Virus record (IMG/VR): IMGVR_UViG_3300029927_000113
DNA: 42,173 bases
Origin: a virus
Strand: one strand, 5' to 3'
A program made the position numbers and the translations under genes. Under the pieces are notes generated by a model, which saw only the letters and a program-made list of their open reading frames with translations, did no database searches and had not been told where the DNA came from. This document shows, piece by piece, positions 38,663 to 42,173 of this stretch; position 1 is the first letter of the stretch, and each line of letters starts with the position of its first letter.

Positions 38663-40673
38663 CAGTTCACCTACAAAAAACAATGAAACAACAAGGGATT
38701 TTGATCCCTTTTTTATTGAGTGCAGGACTCTTCCAGATACGTTTAACGAGGAAGACAGAACTGTTGAGGTTGAGTATGTCACCGAAAGCAAAGTCCTGAG
38801 ATATGATTACTATCTTGATTCAAATTATTGGGAAGTTTTGTCAACAGATGTTGGTGATGTACGCCTTGACCTTCTTAATGATAGTGGTCCCGTTATTGAT
38901 AGCCACAATCGCTATAGCGTAAACAATATTTTCGGCGTTGTTGTGTCTGCAAACGAAACAACCGCAACTATTCGTTTTGCAAAAGATGACATAAGCCAAG
39001 TTATTTTTGAAAAAATTAGAGATGGCATCATCACCAAGGTTTCCGTTGGCTACACAACATATGAATTAACGAAATCAGGCGAAGAAGATGGAATCCCGAT
39101 ATATCGCGCCACTGATTGGGAGCCATTCGAAATATCCTTAGTCGCCGTTCCTGCGGATCGTGATGCCAAGATCCGCAGTAGCGAACATGCGGGAAAAAGA
39201 ACCCAATGCAAAATCATTACCCCAGACACCGCAACCCGTGGTGAAATTTCAAACCAAGAGAGAGCTATTAACATGACTAAAGAAGAAAGACTTGCGGCTG
39301 AAAAAGCTGCAGCGGAACTAGCACGTACTAAAGGGGATATTGTCCCATCTGCACCACCTGCAGAAGTAATAGTTGCTGGTGTTTCTCCAGAAGAAGCGCA
39401 GCGCATGCAAGATGCTGCGGTGGCCTTGGAAACTGATCGTTGTCAGGAAATTCGTACCATTTCAGAAAAACACGGTCTTGGTCGTGAATTTCAAGACCTG
39501 ATGATTAATGAAAAAAGATCAATCAATGAAGTTAACGCCGCCGTTCTTGAAAAACTTGGCGAGGACATTGAATCAGTACAGACTCGCTCAGTAAATAGAG
39601 TTGGCGTAGACCATTCCCAAAATCATCGCTCAGAGGGAATAGCGAATGCAATTTTGTATCGTGCTGATCCAAATTCATTTGAATTATCAGAACATGGACG
39701 TGACTTTGCAGGCCTGAGCTTGATGGACATGGCCAGAGATTTCATTCCTGAACGTAGCATCCGCCGCCCGATGGAAATTGCAGAACGCGCAATGACAACA
39801 ACGGACATGCCACTTGTTTTGATGGACGCAATGAATAAAATGGTAACGGTTCAATTCGCAGAAGCCAAGGAACGCACTCATACGCAGTGGGCGCGCCGCC
39901 GTACAGCCAATGACTTCAAAGACCTGCATTCAATTCAAGTTGATGGTGATTTTAAACTTGAAAAAGTCGATGAAAATGGCGAATACAAATCAACATATTT
40001 GGTTGAGGGATCAAATAAATATCGCATTGGTAAATTTGGAAAGAAAATCCATTTCAGCATAGAAATGTTGATTAACGATGATATGTCTGTTTTCGAAGAT
40101 GTCTTACCGGGCTTTACAGCAGGCTCAATTGAAACGGAACTTGAGACTGTTTACGGTATATTGCAAAATAACCCGACATTATCCGATGGCGATGCTCTTT
40201 TTCACGCAAACCATAATAACTTGTTGACGGATGTCTATTCAATTGCAGGGATGGAAGCAATGTCGCTGAAAATGAAAAAGCAAAAATCACTTTCAGATAA
40301 AAAGCTATCTGTGCCGATGGATTTCATTATCTATGGTGATGAAATTGACCCTGTTGTTGATCGGATTTTGACATCTGACCATATCCCAACGACAATAAAT
40401 GATGTGAATCCTTATGGCCCGAAAGGTCGTAAGACAATCACAGCCATTTATGAGCCGTTGATTTCTGAAATTGATGAGACAACATGGTTCGCGGGTACAA
40501 ATGCCAATAAAGCCAAGCATGTTTCGTACGCACATCTAAATGGATATGAAACACCACTTATCACGCGCGTTCCGGGTCAAGACCCTGATGGTTTGACTGT
40601 TCTTGGACGTCACTTCTTCGGCGCAGGCGCAGAAGATTTCCGCGGCATTTATAAATCCACAGGCGCAGGCTGA
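38628..40673 (+). CDS. Prohead protease / scaffold-like linker / major capsid protein fusion
   Basis: N-terminal protease-like block (...PFEISLVAVPADRDAKIR), a coiled-coil linker (KEERLAAEKAAAELARTKG), and a C-terminal ~360-aa capsid-like domain (DFKDLHSIQVDGDFKLEKVDENGEYK...IHFSIEMLINDD). ATG at 38628 follows GAGGAA. The track start is 38583. Confidence 0.8.
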   Translation: MSKKTKKNQKNSSSPTKNNETTRDFDPFFIECRTLPDTFNEEDRTVEVEYVTESKVLRYDYYLDSNYWEVLSTDVGDVRLDLLNDSGPVIDSHNRYSVNNIFGVVVSANETTATIRFAKDDISQVIFEKIRDGIITKVSVGYTTYELTKSGEEDGIPIYRATDWEPFEISLVAVPADRDAKIRSSEHAGKRTQCKIITPDTATRGEISNQERAINMTKEERLAAEKAAAELARTKGDIVPSAPPAEVIVAGVSPEEAQRMQDAAVALETDRCQEIRTISEKHGLGREFQDLMINEKRSINEVNAAVLEKLGEDIESVQTRSVNRVGVDHSQNHRSEGIANAILYRADPNSFELSEHGRDFAGLSLMDMARDFIPERSIRRPMEIAERAMTTTDMPLVLMDAMNKMVTVQFAEAKERTHTQWARRRTANDFKDLHSIQVDGDFKLEKVDENGEYKSTYLVEGSNKYRIGKFGKKIHFSIEMLINDDMSVFEDVLPGFTAGSIETELETVYGILQNNPTLSDGDALFHANHNNLLTDVYSIAGMEAMSLKMKKQKSLSDKKLSVPMDFIIYGDEIDPVVDRILTSDHIPTTINDVNPYGPKGRKTITAIYEPLISEIDETTWFAGTNANKAKHVSYAHLNGYETPLITRVPGQDPDGLTVLGRHFFGAGAEDFRGIYKSTGAG

Positions 40674-40776
40674 TAACATTAATTTTCAGCACTAAATACA
40701 CGATTTAGAAGAGCCTTAAATTTAGGCTCTTTTCCTATTCATATATTTAAACACGTTGATTTCGAGGAGAAATGAA

Positions 40777-41100
40777 ATGAATAACGAAGTACAAGATGGA
40801 AATAATATAACTTTGAATGCACCCTATACCGTCAAAGGCGGGGATGGCGTTCAAGTCGGGTCTATATTCGGCGTAGCAAGTTCAGATGCCGCGATTACTG
40901 AGCCAGTTGTTTTGCAGGTCACAAAAGTATATGACCTTAAAAAGAAAGCAGGCGACACATTCACTGCTGGATTAGATATTTACTGGGATGATGCCGCTAA
41001 GGAAACCACAGTGACTCCGGCAGCCAATCTGAAAATTGGCCAAGCCATCCTTGACGCTGCAGGTGGCGATGCAACAGTCCGTGTTAGATTGAATTCATAA
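40777..41100 (+). CDS. DUF2190-family head decoration/cement protein
   Basis: GGDGVQVGSIFGVASSDAAITEPVVLQVTKVYDLKK...IYWDDAAKE...IGQAILDAAGGDATVRVRLN. ATG at 40777 follows GAGGAG. Confidence 0.7.
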   Translation: MNNEVQDGNNITLNAPYTVKGGDGVQVGSIFGVASSDAAITEPVVLQVTKVYDLKKKAGDTFTAGLDIYWDDAAKETTVTPAANLKIGQAILDAAGGDATVRVRLNS

Positions 41101-41412
41101 ATGGATTTTTCTAACTTAGCAGATTTAGCAATACAGCAGGTAACGACCACGCTTGGTATGCCTGCTGTATTTCAGTATCAAGGCGGCGATGAACATCAAT
41201 TACAGGTTTTTTACGAAAAAAGCCGTGACATATACGACACCGAAACAGGTGTAGTCATTGGGTATAGGGAGAGCGTAACCATACGCACCGCAGACATTCC
41301 AACATTGCCTAAACAAAAAGATTTAATCACCGTAAACGGCAAATTATATGAAATTATCGATGTCGATCCCGATGATATTGCAAAGTGTATATTAGATTTG
41401 AGGTTAAAGTAA
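41101..41412 (+). CDS. Head-tail joining / head closure protein
   Basis: 103 aa with a ...DLITVNGKLYEIIDVDPDD... C-terminal pattern typical of head-tail joining proteins. Assignment is partly positional. Confidence 0.55.
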   Translation: MDFSNLADLAIQQVTTTLGMPAVFQYQGGDEHQLQVFYEKSRDIYDTETGVVIGYRESVTIRTADIPTLPKQKDLITVNGKLYEIIDVDPDDIAKCILDLRLK

Positions 41413-41846
41413 TGTTGCAGCATTTGGATAAAATAGAAGCAGTATTTAAAGAATTACTAGTGGATAATACAGGTGCCGCAGGAAATGTTTTAATTAATGC
41501 TTTGGATGTTACCGATCCTACAGATGATGACACTAAATATATTTTTGTCTATTTTACAGATGATATTCCAGTAAATCATGATGAAGGCAGTACAGAATAT
41601 CACTTAAGTGCAAAATACGTTTTTGAATGTCTTGTTGCTGATAAAAACGCTGACACTATCTTGGACGAGGCCAGAATTTTAGGGCACCAAGTCCAACAGA
41701 TTTTATTGAATAACCCAGATGCCGGAAACAATTATTTTGATTTACGTTACACAGGATCAAATCTTGTGAAAGACGCTGGCCGTAGCATTCCCTTAGTAGG
41801 ATATAAATTAAACTTTGAACTAGATTATCTTTCAGGACTTTTATAA
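41412..41846 (+). CDS. Tail completion / connector protein (tentative)
   Basis: 144 aa starting at ATG 41412 (TAATG junction). The assignment is positional. Confidence 0.45.
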   Translation: MLQHLDKIEAVFKELLVDNTGAAGNVLINALDVTDPTDDDTKYIFVYFTDDIPVNHDEGSTEYHLSAKYVFECLVADKNADTILDEARILGHQVQQILLNNPDAGNNYFDLRYTGSNLVKDAGRSIPLVGYKLNFELDYLSGLL

Positions 41847-41858
41847 CAGGAGAATTTT

Positions 41859-42173
41859 ATGCCTAAAAATATCAAAAAACTAAATGAAATTGTAGTCGCG
41901 TCACCTCAGGGTGGCACAATATACAGGGAACCAGTATCAGGCGATACTGTACCGTATGAGGGTAAAATCGTACCAGACACACCATTCTGGAGATTAATTG
42001 TTTCTCAAAAATTGGTTCTTGAAGTTGATGCCGATATGTTTTTAAGACAAAAGGCAAAGACCAAAGCAGATCAAGAGGCTCAAGCCAAGATCGATGAGGA
42101 GGCTCAAGCCAAGATCGATGAGGAGGCTCAAGCCAAGATCGATGAGGAGGCTCAAGCCAAGATCGATGAGGAG
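41859..42173 (+). CDS. Virion-module protein, 5' part (DUF2635-like N-terminus followed by EAQAKIDE repeats); continues across the junction into 1..198
   Basis: ATG at 41859 follows AGGAG at 41848-41852. 105 codons are open to the last base. Translation: MPKNIKKLNEIVVASPQGGTIYREPVSGDTVPYEGKIVPDTPFWRLIVSQKLVLEVD... The VPDxxFW motif resembles small Mu-type gp38/DUF2635 proteins (tentative). Not in the ORF track because it has no stop in the window. Confidence 0.75.
   Translation, partial: MPKNIKKLNEIVVASPQGGTIYREPVSGDTVPYEGKIVPDTPFWRLIVSQKLVLEVDADMFLRQKAKTKADQEAQAKIDEEAQAKIDEEAQAKIDEEAQAKIDEE
42075..42173 (+). repeat. Same 24-bp tandem repeat x4 + GAG at the window end (identical to 1-99)
   Basis: Units at 42075-42098, 42099-42122, 42123-42146 and 42147-42170, then GAG. 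The string is identical to bases 1-99. Confidence 0.95.

Larger units (their letters stand above)
1..42173. mobile_element. Complete temperate siphovirus genome (lambda-like packaging/head genes), circularly closed contig
   Basis: All phage modules are present once: packaging, head, tail, lysis, integration, immunity, replication. Bases 1-99 equal bases 42075-42173, and an ORF is continuous across the junction. Unique length would be about 42,074 bp if the overlap is 99 nt. Confidence 0.85.

Noticed and set aside
42075-42173. The 99-nt terminal identity read as a biological direct terminal repeat (T7-like DTR)
   Set aside because: It lies inside a gene and entirely within a tandem repeat. 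The packaging genes are lambda/cos-type, with a better cos candidate at ~34.3 kb. An assembly overlap of a circular molecule is more parsimonious, though it is not proven from this window.

Overview
The window is a complete temperate siphovirus genome of about 42 kb. The first 99 nt and last 99 nt are identical, and one gene runs in frame across the junction, so the contig closes on itself.

Modules in window order:
- **Tail (268-9018):** major tail protein, G/GT chaperone pair with an A10 -1 frameshift site, tape measure, Dit/Tal-position proteins, glycine-rich fibre, DUF1353 protein.
- **Lysis (9021-10323):** two small membrane proteins, an SLT-like endolysin, and overlapping i-/o-spanins.
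- **Late accessory gene (10352-12586):** a 744-aa esterase-like protein with two LamG-like domains.
- **AT-rich accessory island (12617-15175):** Zn-ribbon/DUF4145-like protein, Dam-type methyltransferase, AbiC-like membrane protein.
- **Integration (15176-17011):** repeat-rich attP candidate, tyrosine integrase, PrtN/Xis-like protein.
- **Leftward early operon (17008-19914):** translationally coupled genes, including a GapR/DUF2312 homologue that points to an alphaproteobacterial host.
- **Immunity region (19951-23749):** two early promoters share an operator. It carries morons: an HTH + GNAT coupled pair and a secreted protein co-transcribed with the repressor.
- **Rightward early operon (23423-30380):** Cro/CII-like regulators, N6-adenine and C5-cytosine methyltransferases, an inverted RelE/HigA-type toxin-antitoxin cassette, DnaB, a DUF1376 protein and a putative late regulator.
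- **Convergent membrane-protein pair (30448-32886):** AT-rich, unassignable.
- **Lambda-like packaging/head module (33247-42173, wrapping to 198):** candidate cos, Nu1-like TerS, GpA TerL, gpW, lambda-family portal, protease/major-capsid fusion, DUF2190 decoration protein, connectors.

No rRNA, tRNA, CRISPR array, reverse transcriptase or transposase was seen.

Best candidates for an undescribed system, all by inference only:
1. The convergent membrane pair at 30448-32886, which shares a 2TM + RY..E..FLAL C-terminal module.
2. The DUF4145-like / Dam / AbiC-like island next to int.
3. The ATGA-coupled HTH-domain protein + GNAT pair.

All family assignments rest on motifs read by eye from the translations and need HMM or structure confirmation.
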